Source: a virus
Virus record (IMG/VR): IMGVR_UViG_3300042863_001519
Coordinates: 1 to 64,000 of that record
Reading direction: 5' to 3' (one strand)
DNA length: 64,000 bases
Both the position numbers and the translations under genes were made by a program. Positions 38,695 through 48,579 of the stretch are shown in pieces; within the stretch, counting starts at the first letter, position 1; every line of letters starts with the position of its first letter. A model generated the notes under the pieces. That model was given only the letters and a program-made list of their open reading frames with translations, searched no databases and had not been told where the DNA came from.

Positions 38695-39221
38695 GTTCTT
38701 TTTTGTATTATATTTTTAACAACATCAACTGTAGTTCCAAACTTGTCAGCAAGTTCCTTTCTTGTCATACACAATTGACCATTCTCATCATACTTGTTCT
38801 TTCTCCCATGCTTCCACAACTTTCTCATCTCTATCACATCTTCATCTTTTAAATTAGTGTGAGGGTTTCTTTCACCTGTAATGTTTCTTCTTTTACAAGT
38901 AAATGACCATTTCTGATTCTCACTTGCTGTACACCACTCCAAGTTAATAAGCCGATTGTCTGTACGGATATGGTTAATATGATTTACCTGTGGCTTGTTT
39001 TCAGGATTAGGAAGAAATGTTTTTGCTACTATCCTGTGGACTTTTACAGTTTCGATTTTCCCCTGATCATTTTTTAACATTGTTCGGAGATAACCTGAAC
39101 CATCTAAAGCAGGTTTCATTATTCTTTCCTGTCCTGTATTTTTCCAGTTGTAGGTCTTTATTTCACCATCTGTACTAACTTCATAACTACTGTATCCCGG
39201 TATCTTTTTCCATTGCTTCAT
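38676..39221 (-). CDS. NUMOD4-HNH homing endonuclease, free-standing between the intein halves
   Basis: WKKIPGY..YEVSTDG (NUMOD4); VHRIVA..F...QVNHINHIRTDNRLINLEWCT..EN. Confidence 0.93.
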   Translation of the reverse strand: MKQWKKIPGYSSYEVSTDGEIKTYNWKNTGQERIMKPALDGSGYLRTMLKNDQGKIETVKVHRIVAKTFLPNPENKPQVNHINHIRTDNRLINLEWCTASENQKWSFTCKRRNITGERNPHTNLKDEDVIEMRKLWKHGRKNKYDENGQLCMTRKELADKFGTTVDVVKNIIQKRTWKHLL

Positions 39222-39636
39222 GTTGCAAAGATAGTAATAAATCTTTGATTTTCACAAACTTTTCCCCGGTAAAAAATTCATGATTTTCGGTTACGTTTAT
39301 AACTGTTCCGTTTTTCATTTTTATTCTGAGTAGTTTGTCAACATGAGTCTTATGAGTTATGGTATTGGTAACAGTTTTATACTCATTAACCTTGGTCTTC
39401 AGATTATAAGACAATACCTTATCTCCTACTTTTATTTGAGAAATAGGCATTACCCCTTGTTCTGTATGAACCAACTGTTCTCCAGTAAAACAACCTGTTT
39501 CTCCCCCAATAACATAACCTGTATTTTTAGCAATATCAATATAATCACCTACCCTGTCATAAGGTACAGGTATAATACCGGCTTTACCGTTTCTACCGTT
39601 CTCAATCTCTTTATGTAATTGCTCTGATAAACTCAT
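39187..39636 (-). CDS. dnaB: Replicative helicase, N-terminal half: 48-aa N-extein fused to split-intein N fragment (101 aa, from Cys at 39492)
   Basis: VIGGETG|CFTGEQLV gives intein block A; INVTENHEF gives block B (TxxH); stop follows. Confidence 0.92.
   Translation of the reverse strand: MSLSEQLHKEIENGRNGKAGIIPVPYDRVGDYIDIAKNTGYVIGGETGCFTGEQLVHTEQGVMPISQIKVGDKVLSYNLKTKVNEYKTVTNTITHKTHVDKLLRIKMKNGTVINVTENHEFFTGEKFVKIKDLLLSLQHEAMEKDTGIQ
39226..39258 (-). promoter_or_regulatory. Bacteroidota sigma70-type promoter for the HNH gene, embedded in intein-N coding sequence
   Basis: TTTG (39258-39255), 21-nt spacer, TATCTTTG (39233-39226), 4 nt before the ATG. Confidence 0.7.
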
Positions 39637-40115
39637 TATGCACTGTTTGATTCCGTATCATCGGAAAGTTCCTTTAACTCTTCATCTTTCCAGTATACAA
39701 ACTTACCACTGTTTAGATATGCAACAGTAGCTTTCATGTATTGGAAATCATTGTACGTTGGGTCTTTGTGAGTATAACTTGTTACCTTTCTTGACTCTAT
39801 TTCCACTTTGAGGCAGTAAAGCATATCACTATCATCAAAACCTGCTGCTTTCTTTGCTTTATTGTATGTCTCAAATGTTTTTGCTTTGTCATCTCTCAAA
39901 GCCCTTGTACCCTTAAACGTCTTTCCTTTAAACACAAAATTCATGCTTGCCGGGAATGTACACCACCACTGTTCAAACTCTTCAGGATATTCTATATTCT
40001 TTTTGTTCTTCTCTCTCACTGGCCTGTATTGCTCATGCCACTCCTCGTAACCACCATCAGGATTAGCCTCTAAAAAGACTTTGATGTTCTTAAATTGCTG
40101 TAGTGTAACTGACAT
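39636..40115 (-). CDS. Replication initiator / helicase-loader-like protein
   Basis: FEQWWCTFP...YMK..VAYLN..KF pattern; coupled to dnaB. Confidence 0.55.
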   Translation of the reverse strand: MSVTLQQFKNIKVFLEANPDGGYEEWHEQYRPVREKNKKNIEYPEEFEQWWCTFPASMNFVFKGKTFKGTRALRDDKAKTFETYNKAKKAAGFDDSDMLYCLKVEIESRKVTSYTHKDPTYNDFQYMKATVAYLNSGKFVYWKDEELKELSDDTESNSA

Positions 40116-40148
40116 AAAATGAGCTTATAAATTTACGATAAATAGTAC

Positions 40149-42224
40149 TTAAAACAAACTTATCTGACCACTTTCTTTCTCTTTTCTATCACGTTGATAT
40201 ATAGGAGAAATCTTGTCAATTATCTTATTGGTTGCACGTATGTAATACGTATAATCAATACCGTAGTCGTCCCAGTTTTCAGCACTAAAAGGTTTGTTGT
40301 ACAGTACCTGGAGCTCACTATCTGATTCACAATTGCTCTTCTCTGGACCTGTTTTATCACTGTTTGGGTTCTTCATCTTATACAACTTCTCACCAATACC
40401 TTTTGAGCAGTAATAACGTACTAGCTTGTTGAGATCAGTTACTGTACCAGTTTTTCTATCAACACTTCGATAGAAGTAATCCCTTGATGCTTTCTTGGCA
40501 ATACAGAAATCGAAGATGTTTCTATGACTTATCACAGTATCTTCAACCGGAATACCCTGAGTAAAGTACTTCTCTAATGCTATAGGAACAATACATTTAC
40601 TCTTGTTCTTGTGCAACTCATAACTTGTAAGGAAATCACCTTTCTTTTTTACTCTTTTGTCAAGAGGTTTGTCAATAACTATTGCTTTAAACTCACCATC
40701 TTTAAATACCCAGTCAGCTTTCTTTACTGCCAGATAATCATTAACGGATGTTTGTACAAACAATTCGTACTCTACATACTCCAAGTTACCAAGAATGTCA
40801 TTACCAACTTCTTCTTCCCATGTTTTACATGCATCATAATACTTCTGTACATAATCTTGATGAATCAGTACAGTAATACCATCGGTATTCATACTAGTTA
40901 TCTTGAGTGTTGGTATTTGTAGCAGATCCTCAGCTAACATAAATAGATCAACTTGACCACCAATAGTTACTTGCATACTTGCAAATGGGTCATATTGCCA
41001 ATCAAACCTATCACCAAGTCGGCCAAAATTCCCATTCATTACTAATTTATAACATTCTTGGAAATTATCATACTTCTTATCACCGGTTTCCTTATACAAC
41101 TTTTTAGCCTCTAGTCTCTTTGGAATGTTTATCACATATGCTTCATTCCACTTTGGTCCAAGGTGTGCAGGATAAATGTTTCTTTTACGTATGTTGTTAG
41201 GATACTGTGAGCCTACGTCAGCATCAATTAGTAGATAACCTTTAGGTATATCAATAATTCTAGGGTTATCTGCAGAGTGTACACCACCCTTTGCAAACAT
41301 TATTGTAATGTCAGTAAGAATAAATGGGAACTCCTGTTTTTCATTGAGATTAACCTTTGTCTTACCCAAGTTTGTAAAAAAGTTATTAAACTCAGCTGTA
41401 TCAAAATGAGTGTAGTCAGGAAAGCAATCCTTAAATCGGAAACCTGTTTTAGTTTTCCTCTCTTTTACTTTACTATACAACTGAGCTTCATTGATCTTTG
41501 CCAGATCCATGTACACTTTCTTGTTTAGCTCGGCACCGATCTTAACATCATTCCAGTTAATTGCAAGAGATGGAAACTTATACTCCTCAATAAGATCAAG
41601 TCGTAACTGTACTTTGTTCTTCCCTGCATAATCAGGATGATTAGTATTACCTACTGCAATGTTGTAGAGATTTGCTGTAGCAGCTACATCGTTCCAACAA
41701 TACTCAATAACTTCATCAATCTCTTCAGAAGTTAACTCTTCTTTACGAAAGTCAATAGGCAATTCTTCGATGTTACCATCTAAAGAAAACTCTCCAGCCC
41801 ACTTCAAAGAACATCTCTTGGCATCATTGTTGTAGTGAAACAACAGAAACAGATCAATCTGTTTGAAGTCAAGATAATGTTCTTTGTAGTGAGGTTGTAA
41901 TTCGTAGTTCCTATCATCAATCGTCTTTTGTGCAAACTCAAATATAGCTCTGATGATACGTTCAACCGGCCAGTGTATCCACAATGAACAGTTATCTACT
42001 ATAAACTGAAGTACTTGGGTATCAAAGTAAACTCCATTAAAAGTACAAAATCCCCATCTGTTATACTCAATTAAATGTTTTACAAGAGCATCTAATTGAT
42101 TTTTCCTAGATGAAATTTCATACTGAAATCTTTCATTAGTTTTTATATCAAGACCGCAAAACAAAAACATTGAGTAATAGGTTTCAATATCTATCACTTC
42201 TATTTTTAAATCTTCACTTTTCAT
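40149..42224 (-). CDS. polB: DNA polymerase, family B
   Basis: ExoI DIETY, ExoII FNG..FD, ExoIII YCWND; DVGSQYPN, KLVMNGNFG, NTDG. Confidence 0.95.
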   Translation of the reverse strand: MKSEDLKIEVIDIETYYSMFLFCGLDIKTNERFQYEISSRKNQLDALVKHLIEYNRWGFCTFNGVYFDTQVLQFIVDNCSLWIHWPVERIIRAIFEFAQKTIDDRNYELQPHYKEHYLDFKQIDLFLLFHYNNDAKRCSLKWAGEFSLDGNIEELPIDFRKEELTSEEIDEVIEYCWNDVAATANLYNIAVGNTNHPDYAGKNKVQLRLDLIEEYKFPSLAINWNDVKIGAELNKKVYMDLAKINEAQLYSKVKERKTKTGFRFKDCFPDYTHFDTAEFNNFFTNLGKTKVNLNEKQEFPFILTDITIMFAKGGVHSADNPRIIDIPKGYLLIDADVGSQYPNNIRKRNIYPAHLGPKWNEAYVINIPKRLEAKKLYKETGDKKYDNFQECYKLVMNGNFGRLGDRFDWQYDPFASMQVTIGGQVDLFMLAEDLLQIPTLKITSMNTDGITVLIHQDYVQKYYDACKTWEEEVGNDILGNLEYVEYELFVQTSVNDYLAVKKADWVFKDGEFKAIVIDKPLDKRVKKKGDFLTSYELHKNKSKCIVPIALEKYFTQGIPVEDTVISHRNIFDFCIAKKASRDYFYRSVDRKTGTVTDLNKLVRYYCSKGIGEKLYKMKNPNSDKTGPEKSNCESDSELQVLYNKPFSAENWDDYGIDYTYYIRATNKIIDKISPIYQRDRKEKESGQISLF

Positions 42225-42996
42225 TCTTTTTGGTTTTTATTCTATTATTTACAATAGGGTATCTATCATACATCAAAAGAAATTCCTTAATTTTTCTACA
42301 ATTTGCTGCATATATTCTTACAGTAGATGTTGCACAGTTTAAATAATTTGCACATTTTTCATCATTATTAAAAGTTTCAACAACTGTGTAATCTAAATTA
42401 CAAAGCAATAGTGTTCTTCTATTTTTAAAAGTTTTTCCTTTTGTTTTGCTAATTCTTTTTTCTATAGAAGATTTACTTTTTTTCTTACCTTTCCAATAAT
42501 CACTTATTTTCTTTTTATGATCAATTGTTAAAAGTTTTCCTGTATTTGCTGCAATAATTGCGGATAAAGTATTAGGGTGCTGAGGTCTTCCTTTCATTTG
42601 TTTTGATTTTTTTGCCTTAAAATCATCACTATGTCGAAAACCTGCATTTGTGCCGGCTATTTGAACAATATTGTACTTTAATTCTATTGGATATTTATCT
42701 AAATAAAATTGTTCACGAGAGAGTATAAATTTTATCATTTCTTGCTTTGAAACAAACTGACTTTTATCATACTGTTCAATAATCTCAAAATAAAAATTAT
42801 CTGCACCATACTTGTTATAAGCATTTTGCATCTTTTTACAACCGTGTACATTTTTATTTAGTTCTTTTAAATGTAGATGATACCTGTTACTAAAACTACA
42901 AAAAGAACTGCCTATATAAACTTTGTTTGAAATAGGAGTATATATTTGATATACTCCTATTTTTATACCTTCTCCTCTTATTAGTAATGATTTCAT
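42214..42996 (-). CDS. GIY-YIG homing endonuclease with NUMOD3-like repeats, free-standing
   Basis: GVYQI...VYIGSS, REQFYLD, YNI, HSDDFKAK; likely start MKSL, 4 nt after TATTTTTG. Confidence 0.9.
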   Translation of the reverse strand: MKSLLIRGEGIKIGVYQIYTPISNKVYIGSSFCSFSNRYHLHLKELNKNVHGCKKMQNAYNKYGADNFYFEIIEQYDKSQFVSKQEMIKFILSREQFYLDKYPIELKYNIVQIAGTNAGFRHSDDFKAKKSKQMKGRPQHPNTLSAIIAANTGKLLTIDHKKKISDYWKGKKKSKSSIEKRISKTKGKTFKNRRTLLLCNLDYTVVETFNNDEKCANYLNCATSTVRIYAANCRKIKEFLLMYDRYPIVNNRIKTKKNEK

Positions 42997-43070
42997 TTTA
43001 CAAAAATAGTAAAATTTTATCAAAGTTTACGACTTTAAAAATAAAATCTCTAATCTGAGTTCTTCTGTCT

Positions 43071-43265
43071 TCATTTTACTTCTTCCTTTTGTTTTTTGCT
43101 GATTATTACAGTATCTACCAATGCTTTGTCAAAGATTTGTATTTTGTCATAAAAGTGATTCTCTACATCACCTTTGAAAAGTTCCTGTAGCATCATCTTC
43201 TCCAAATCATTCTCTGGGGTAAGTGCTAGTTCTATCTTACCATTGATAGCAAAGTTACATTTCAT
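43071..43265 (-). CDS. Hypothetical protein
   Basis: Member of the ORF chain. Confidence 0.6.
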   Translation of the reverse strand: MKCNFAINGKIELALTPENDLEKMMLQELFKGDVENHFYDKIQIFDKALVDTVIISKKQKEEVK

Positions 43266-43570
43266 GCTTTTTTATTTAAGATACTATCAATGAGGTTATG
43301 TGAGTGAATGGCTATGGTGCCATAGTTGTAACCTACGGTTGCTCTTGGGTTTCTTACTTTCTTTCTAAGCTGCTCCCTTGCTTCTATCACAGCACTCTGC
43401 AGTTCTTGCTTCCTACGTTCAGATGCTTGCCACTTCTGCTCTCTTGTGGCACGTACATAAGTACGGCTTATAAACTCCTTAGAAGGGGCTGGTTTTGGCT
43501 CAGGGCAATATGCTGTTCCCATAATAGCTGATCCTGCAAATAAGAGGATACGTTTCGTGTTATTTTGCAT
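43262..43570 (-). CDS. Hypothetical protein
   Basis: Member of the ORF chain. Confidence 0.55.
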   Translation of the reverse strand: MQNNTKRILLFAGSAIMGTAYCPEPKPAPSKEFISRTYVRATREQKWQASERRKQELQSAVIEAREQLRKKVRNPRATVGYNYGTIAIHSHNLIDSILNKKA

Positions 43571-43597
43571 GTTATTGGTTTTTGATTGTGAAAAATG

Positions 43598-44143
43598 TTA
43601 TAATCCTTTTTTAATCTTCTCTATACAACCAGCATAACCAGCAAGGTCAACTAGAGAGTCTTGTTTCTCACAGTTGTCTTTATTGGCTCTACAGATCTTC
43701 AACCAGGCCATCATCAAACCTACTTGCTCAGGGGTAATAGTTGCTTTTGTAATTACTTCCCATCCTTTAGCAATATCTTTGAAGTTGTCAGATGTCTTAC
43801 CATAGTCTTTTTCTCGGTCTCCGTATATAAGACCTTTAGCTGTATCTAGAATAGTATGACCAGGTGCTGATTGAATGTCGGGTTGTTGCTCGGTATGGTT
43901 TTGTGTAGGCTTACTCTCCAAACTTGCAATGAAATCGGAGTAGGTAATTTCGGGTAGTTTAGCATTGTCGTTGTAATTGTAATATATCCCTTCATGGCTA
44001 GATGGGTCTATTCTAAAAAATAGAAATTCATCATCAAAATGTATTGCAGATTTCAACCCATACCCCCTTGCCAATTCCGCTAAGTGGTTCAATTCTTGCT
44101 CCGTTGCGAACTTAATCGCTTTGCCTTCAAATGGGTTTGTCAT
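43598..44143 (-). CDS. DUF6378-like domain protein with an extra N-terminal domain
   Basis: ILDTAKGLIYGDREKDYG...F..IA..W...LK..R...DS.VDLAGYA. Confidence 0.8.
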   Translation of the reverse strand: MTNPFEGKAIKFATEQELNHLAELARGYGLKSAIHFDDEFLFFRIDPSSHEGIYYNYNDNAKLPEITYSDFIASLESKPTQNHTEQQPDIQSAPGHTILDTAKGLIYGDREKDYGKTSDNFKDIAKGWEVITKATITPEQVGLMMAWLKICRANKDNCEKQDSLVDLAGYAGCIEKIKKGL

Positions 44144-44157
44144 GTGTTATGTTGTTT

Positions 44158-44541
44158 TTAGTTTTTACAATATTTGTTAATAAGAATTTCTTTGTACTCT
44201 TTCCCTTCTTTTGTTAAACCGTTTTCATCCCAGTAATCAGGTAGGTCATGAAAAGATTGAAGATGTTGCCATACATTTATGGCTATATTACTATATTCTT
44301 CTTTCATCTCTTTAAAAACATCTTCTTCCTCTATTTCTATATTATTTTTATGAAGACCAACTACACCACAATCATAATTTTGCTTAGGGTCTAGCATACA
44401 TCTTCCAACAGCACACATATTACCTGTTTCCTTATTATAGTACTCACAAAGACCAGTTTTATTAACAGCTCTTCTCTCAGGATTATTCTCATAGTATTCA
44501 ATAGTCTCTAGTACTAGTTCTTTTACAGTTTTCTTTTTCAT
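44158..44541 (-). CDS. Hypothetical protein
   Basis: CEY...CAVG...LQSFHD motif. Confidence 0.7.
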   Translation of the reverse strand: MKKKTVKELVLETIEYYENNPERRAVNKTGLCEYYNKETGNMCAVGRCMLDPKQNYDCGVVGLHKNNIEIEEEDVFKEMKEEYSNIAINVWQHLQSFHDLPDYWDENGLTKEGKEYKEILINKYCKN

Positions 44542-44542
44542 G

Positions 44543-44995
44543 TTATTTTGTTGCTTTTACGGCTAATCCAGCCTCGATTAAAGATGGTATGTGTAGGTAG
44601 CCACAATCGTAATGCTTTGAGCGTAGGAAGTCGATAATTTGACACCAAGACAATGCAGAAACATTAGTTTGCCTGTTGATGTAAATAGTTACCAGTTCCC
44701 TACCAGCAATAATAATAGATTCTATTGCTTGATACCTACATTGAGCAATCTTCGCCACCTCAATCGCATCATCATCCGTTATCTCGGATAGTGGGGTTAG
44801 GATTGGTTTAATCTCTCCGTAAAATGCAAAGTTTTGTATGGGGCTTTTGACTACATTATTATTCATGTATTCGTACCAAACCCTTGTTTTATTAATAGAA
44901 TTAACATTGCCAATTCTATTTTGTCTAGTGTCCTTTACCTCGCAGCCCATATAAGCCGCAAACATTCCCATTAAAAATTCGTTCGTGTATTCCAT
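44543..44995 (-). CDS. Hypothetical phage protein
   Basis: KPILTPLSEIT...DFLRSKHYD...LIEAGLAV. Confidence 0.7.
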   Translation of the reverse strand: MEYTNEFLMGMFAAYMGCEVKDTRQNRIGNVNSINKTRVWYEYMNNNVVKSPIQNFAFYGEIKPILTPLSEITDDDAIEVAKIAQCRYQAIESIIIAGRELVTIYINRQTNVSALSWCQIIDFLRSKHYDCGYLHIPSLIEAGLAVKATK

Positions 44996-45200
44996 GTTAT
45001 TTTATTGATGTTACTTTGGTAGGTGAAGATGTGTTTTTGGTAAGATACTGCAACTACTTTACTCACATTGCTCTACCAAAGCTTTTACTGAGAAGTAAGT
45101 AACAGATATTCCTCCCCTATAGTCCCCTCCAATTAAGGAAAAAGCTAAAGTAAGGGCTTTGAGTCAGCTCTGTTCCAGAAACGTGGACTATTTTAAATGA

Positions 45201-45360
45201 GAAAACCCTCATCTGATGAGGACCGGCAAAGGTATCAGAGAGGGTATTCAGAGGAACCAGTCCTCATCATTTTTATCTTAAAGTATGTATTATCCTATTG
45301 AAGATTTTGCCGGTCCTCTATAGTATTGCAAATATACTACACCCTTTTTCAAATTTCCAA
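45201..45360 (-). promoter_or_regulatory. Promoter plus structured leader (attenuator or antisense-like RNA)
   Basis: TTG-21nt-TATATTTG (45336-45329); terminator-like hairpin at 45205-45245 whose loop and arm are complementary to two upstream segments. Confidence 0.6.
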
Positions 45361-45375
45361 TAGTTTCTCAGATAT

Positions 45376-46185
45376 TTATTTTCCTACTATCTGCATCAAC
45401 TGAGGTGTGCCGAAGTAGAGTGGTTGACGAGTCTTTTCCCATGCCCGGATGAACTCAAGCTGCAGGATCTCTTTGGTAATACCTTTGCTACGGATAAGCA
45501 TCTGCTCCGTTTTCAAGGCCTCCAGTTCGTTCAGCTTACGTTGCTCAATGATCTGCTGATCCAGTACAGATACGTTGGTATTTACCTCATTACGGCTATC
45601 TATCTTGGCTTTTACCTTATCACTAAAGTCAAGCTGGCAAGAGAATGTAATAAGCTCCAGACCCTTTGCTTCGAATGCATCTGTAACCTTCTTCTGAACA
45701 TCCTGCTCAAAACGTAATGAACCACCGTTTGCCATCAGTGTATCAGTAAGATACTTCCGGCTCTCTTCCTTCATGATATCATAGATCTTAGTCTCCAGGA
45801 TATTATCTTCCAAAGCTTTCATAAAGTCATCACCGGCATCCAGATGTTTGTTCTCAAATACTACATCGACTGCACGTTTCTCCATTATCTTGAAAGAGTA
45901 GATAGGTTTTGAGGTAAACTCAGTGTTATCTGCTGCCTTAAGATGAAGAGTCTTATGTGTCTCATCATTGTCATCAAACGATGCACGTTGCTCCCACAGT
46001 GGTACCTGGAACAGCTCTGTACCGGCACTCATTGTCCACACACGACCTTTCTGCAGACTGAAATCTGCTTTGCCGGCCTTACCGTAATTTTCCATAAGCA
46101 CACCGATATAGTTAGGTGCTACACGATCACAAGATGTCATTGTTCCGATCATTGCTACAAGCAGGAAATACATTACTTTTTTCAT
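45376..46185 (-). CDS. SPFH/Band 7 domain protein with lipoprotein-like signal
   Basis: Hydrophobic N-terminus ending TSC, V.P...GV, and a coiled-coil tail typical of phage SPFH proteins. Confidence 0.8.
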   Translation of the reverse strand: MKKVMYFLLVAMIGTMTSCDRVAPNYIGVLMENYGKAGKADFSLQKGRVWTMSAGTELFQVPLWEQRASFDDNDETHKTLHLKAADNTEFTSKPIYSFKIMEKRAVDVVFENKHLDAGDDFMKALEDNILETKIYDIMKEESRKYLTDTLMANGGSLRFEQDVQKKVTDAFEAKGLELITFSCQLDFSDKVKAKIDSRNEVNTNVSVLDQQIIEQRKLNELEALKTEQMLIRSKGITKEILQLEFIRAWEKTRQPLYFGTPQLMQIVGK

Positions 46186-46186
46186 A

Positions 46187-46363
46187 CTACTTCTGGTTTT
46201 TGTTTTTGTTTACGTAATTAATAATAGAATGGATAATCACTACTACTGCAGAAAAACCTGCAATAATCAGAACATAGGGATGTATGTGATTAAATACAAT
46301 CCCCGGCACTATACACATAGAGAGTATAGTAAACAACGCAAGGTAAAGTTTGAACTGTTTCAT
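46187..46363 (-). CDS. Small two-TM membrane protein, 58 aa (not in ORF track)
   Basis: MKQFKLYLALFTILSMCIVPGIVFNHIHPYVLIIAGFSAVVVII... Confidence 0.6.
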   Translation of the reverse strand: MKQFKLYLALFTILSMCIVPGIVFNHIHPYVLIIAGFSAVVVIIHSIINYVNKNKNQK

Positions 46364-46372
46364 TTGTTTGTT

Positions 46373-46624
46373 TTAGTTTATCCTTATGAGATGATCAACA
46401 TCTGATGCTTTAAAAAACCATCCACCAATCTTAAAACTAACCTGATAGATGACATTTGGTTGTTTGCTGGTATCTACTGCATAGTACCTGTGTTCTGACA
46501 TTACAAAAGTGCAATGAGGACACGCTTTACGTATCCCCATTGCTCTCTCATTATAATCAGCTTGCATACTTCTACAACTACTAATGCTCAATGCTAGTAG
46601 AGCTACTATGATTAACTTTTTCAT
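46373..46624 (-). CDS. Putative lipoprotein
   Basis: MKKLIIVALLALSISSC lipobox. Confidence 0.7.
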   Translation of the reverse strand: MKKLIIVALLALSISSCRSMQADYNERAMGIRKACPHCTFVMSEHRYYAVDTSKQPNVIYQVSFKIGGWFFKASDVDHLIRIN

Positions 46625-47370
46625 TACTTTCTGTATAATAAAGATGTTACGTCAATAATTGAACCTTTCCTAGCCTTGTAGTTGTATATCTCACCCAATA
46701 GTTCTATGTAGTGAGTGGCATTGGTACAATCTACCATCTTCTTTTGCTGATATCGTAACTTTTCTATAAAGGTGCTAAAGTTGAAACCAGGTATTGTTGA
46801 GATCTTTACAAAAGCAACAGCAAAGCTTCTCTTTTTATAACCGGCATACAACTCTTTTATAGTTAAAAGCATCTCAGCTACCTCTTCAGCTTTCTTCAGA
46901 TTCTTTACCTTAAAGCCACCTATCTTAAAATCATTAAGCATCTGGTTGTAAAAGGTTTCTGTATCACTAAGCAGCATAATATTGATTGCATGACCAAGTT
47001 TGTACTTCTTTTCAAACTCTTCATACATTTCATAGTCTTTGTTGCCAGTGGTACTGAAGCTATTTACAAACTCAGCAGTACTCCAACGAGAATCATGGTC
47101 ATTAATAGCCCTGACTGTCTCAATGCTGGCACCTTTTACTACATAGTAGTAGAATGGTCTATCTAACCTTTTAGAAGCCTCCAAGCGATGTTGTCCATCA
47201 ATGATCTCAAACTTCTCATTGCATTGTGCAGGTGCAACTGTTTCTGGAAAGTTTTTCATCTTATCCATTACTGAGAGTACACGTCTTTCATCAATAATTC
47301 TGTTACCACCAATGTATTTAAACATTGCATAGTTTTTAGTTGATGATATTTGATATTGTTTCTGTAGCAT
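46624..47370 (-). CDS. ParB/Srx N-terminal-like domain protein
   Basis: GNR..., EIIDGQHRLEA; likely start MLQKQY. Confidence 0.8.
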   Translation of the reverse strand: MLQKQYQISSTKNYAMFKYIGGNRIIDERRVLSVMDKMKNFPETVAPAQCNEKFEIIDGQHRLEASKRLDRPFYYYVVKGASIETVRAINDHDSRWSTAEFVNSFSTTGNKDYEMYEEFEKKYKLGHAINIMLLSDTETFYNQMLNDFKIGGFKVKNLKKAEEVAEMLLTIKELYAGYKKRSFAVAFVKISTIPGFNFSTFIEKLRYQQKKMVDCTNATHYIELLGEIYNYKARKGSIIDVTSLLYRK

Positions 47371-47398
47371 GTTATTGCTTTTTAGATGTGAATAAAAA

Positions 47399-48579
47399 TT
47401 AAAGAAATACTCCGTGTTGTTCTTCAAGAGAAGCTAACCATTTGTTAAACAGATGGTCTTGAAATGCTCTTGAGCAATCTTCATGTTTTGTAAGCAGGTG
47501 CTCATTTTCTTCTATCAAAGTAACAGCAATCTCTCTAATACCTTTTTCAAACTGCTTTGAGGAGATATAGATAGTATTGTTTTTTGCAAGACCTAGTACA
47601 GATACCTGGCTGAATGTTACTACTTCGATAGGATAACTTATCTCATACTTCATATCAGTGAGTGCTTCAACAGCTTTCTTCAGTTGATAATCCATTTTTG
47701 GAGTAGTCTTTACAGGAATGGTAAAAATATCATTATCTTTATCAACACCACATACTTCCACTTCTGGGAAATCTTCTTTGATCTTTCTTGCCAATGATTT
47801 TGAAACAATCAGATGCGGTTCTGTTAACCTGTCTACATAAAAACCACTAAGATCCTGATTGATAACTATCCTGTTACCAATTGCATCTCTCCATGCAGAG
47901 TTCAATTTACGATATGAATCATGAAACTCAAGAGTTGTCTCGATAAACATTGCATCTTTAAAGGCACACTGCATAATAGTTGATGCAACATCTTTAGTTG
48001 CATGTTCCATCAGAAAGTCTCTAATTATTCTTCTTGCACCATACATATTATCTATTACTCTACTCTCGTTAATAGTAAAGTCAGGAAGATCGTAATGATA
48101 CAATGCTTCGCCTGCATCATAACATCTGATACCTCTACGATACAATATTCTCTGGTGCTTCTTACAGATATTCGGAAATACTTTCCCTACAGGTAGATCA
48201 ATTATTGCATCTGTTCTATCAAATGAGAAGTAGGTATCCCAGTTGTTGATTACTTCTTTTATCTGAGCTACATGCTCGATATAGAAACGTGTGTAACCTT
48301 CTTTACCGGTTACTATTTCTGTACTGGGTATTACGTTATTCTCACCCTCGTCAATAGCATTAGATACAAACTCACGCACTGCCATCCAAGTATCCCACTG
48401 TGGTCCCATATCAGTAGTAAGAGATGTTTCCCTACCATCTATCAATATCTTCTCAAAGCTCTTATCTCTAAAAGCTACAGGTTCTGTTGATAGTACTAAC
48501 TCCTTCTCACCAGAGAAGATACGTAATCCTATCTTAGCTTTGAGTAAAAGAGCTATTGCATACTTGTTACCTGAGCCAT
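47399..48579 (-). CDS. GHKL/HATPase-like protein, exon 2
   Basis: (Y)GSGNKYAIA...AVREFVSNAIDEG...TRFYI; frame open back to the 3' splice site. Confidence 0.85.

Noticed and set aside
38676-39221. Group I intron or contiguous intein explaining the helicase interruption
   Set aside because: The HNH ORF overlaps both intein halves, no ribozyme core is present, and each ORF has its own start (plus a promoter for the HNH). A double sequencing frameshift is not formally excluded.
45213-45270. Hammerhead ribozyme suggested by CTGATGA followed by a GGAC...GTCC stem on the + strand
   Set aside because: The stem is followed by TCAT, not the required GAAA, and no stem I/III with an NUH site was found; the minus-strand leader explains the repeats better.
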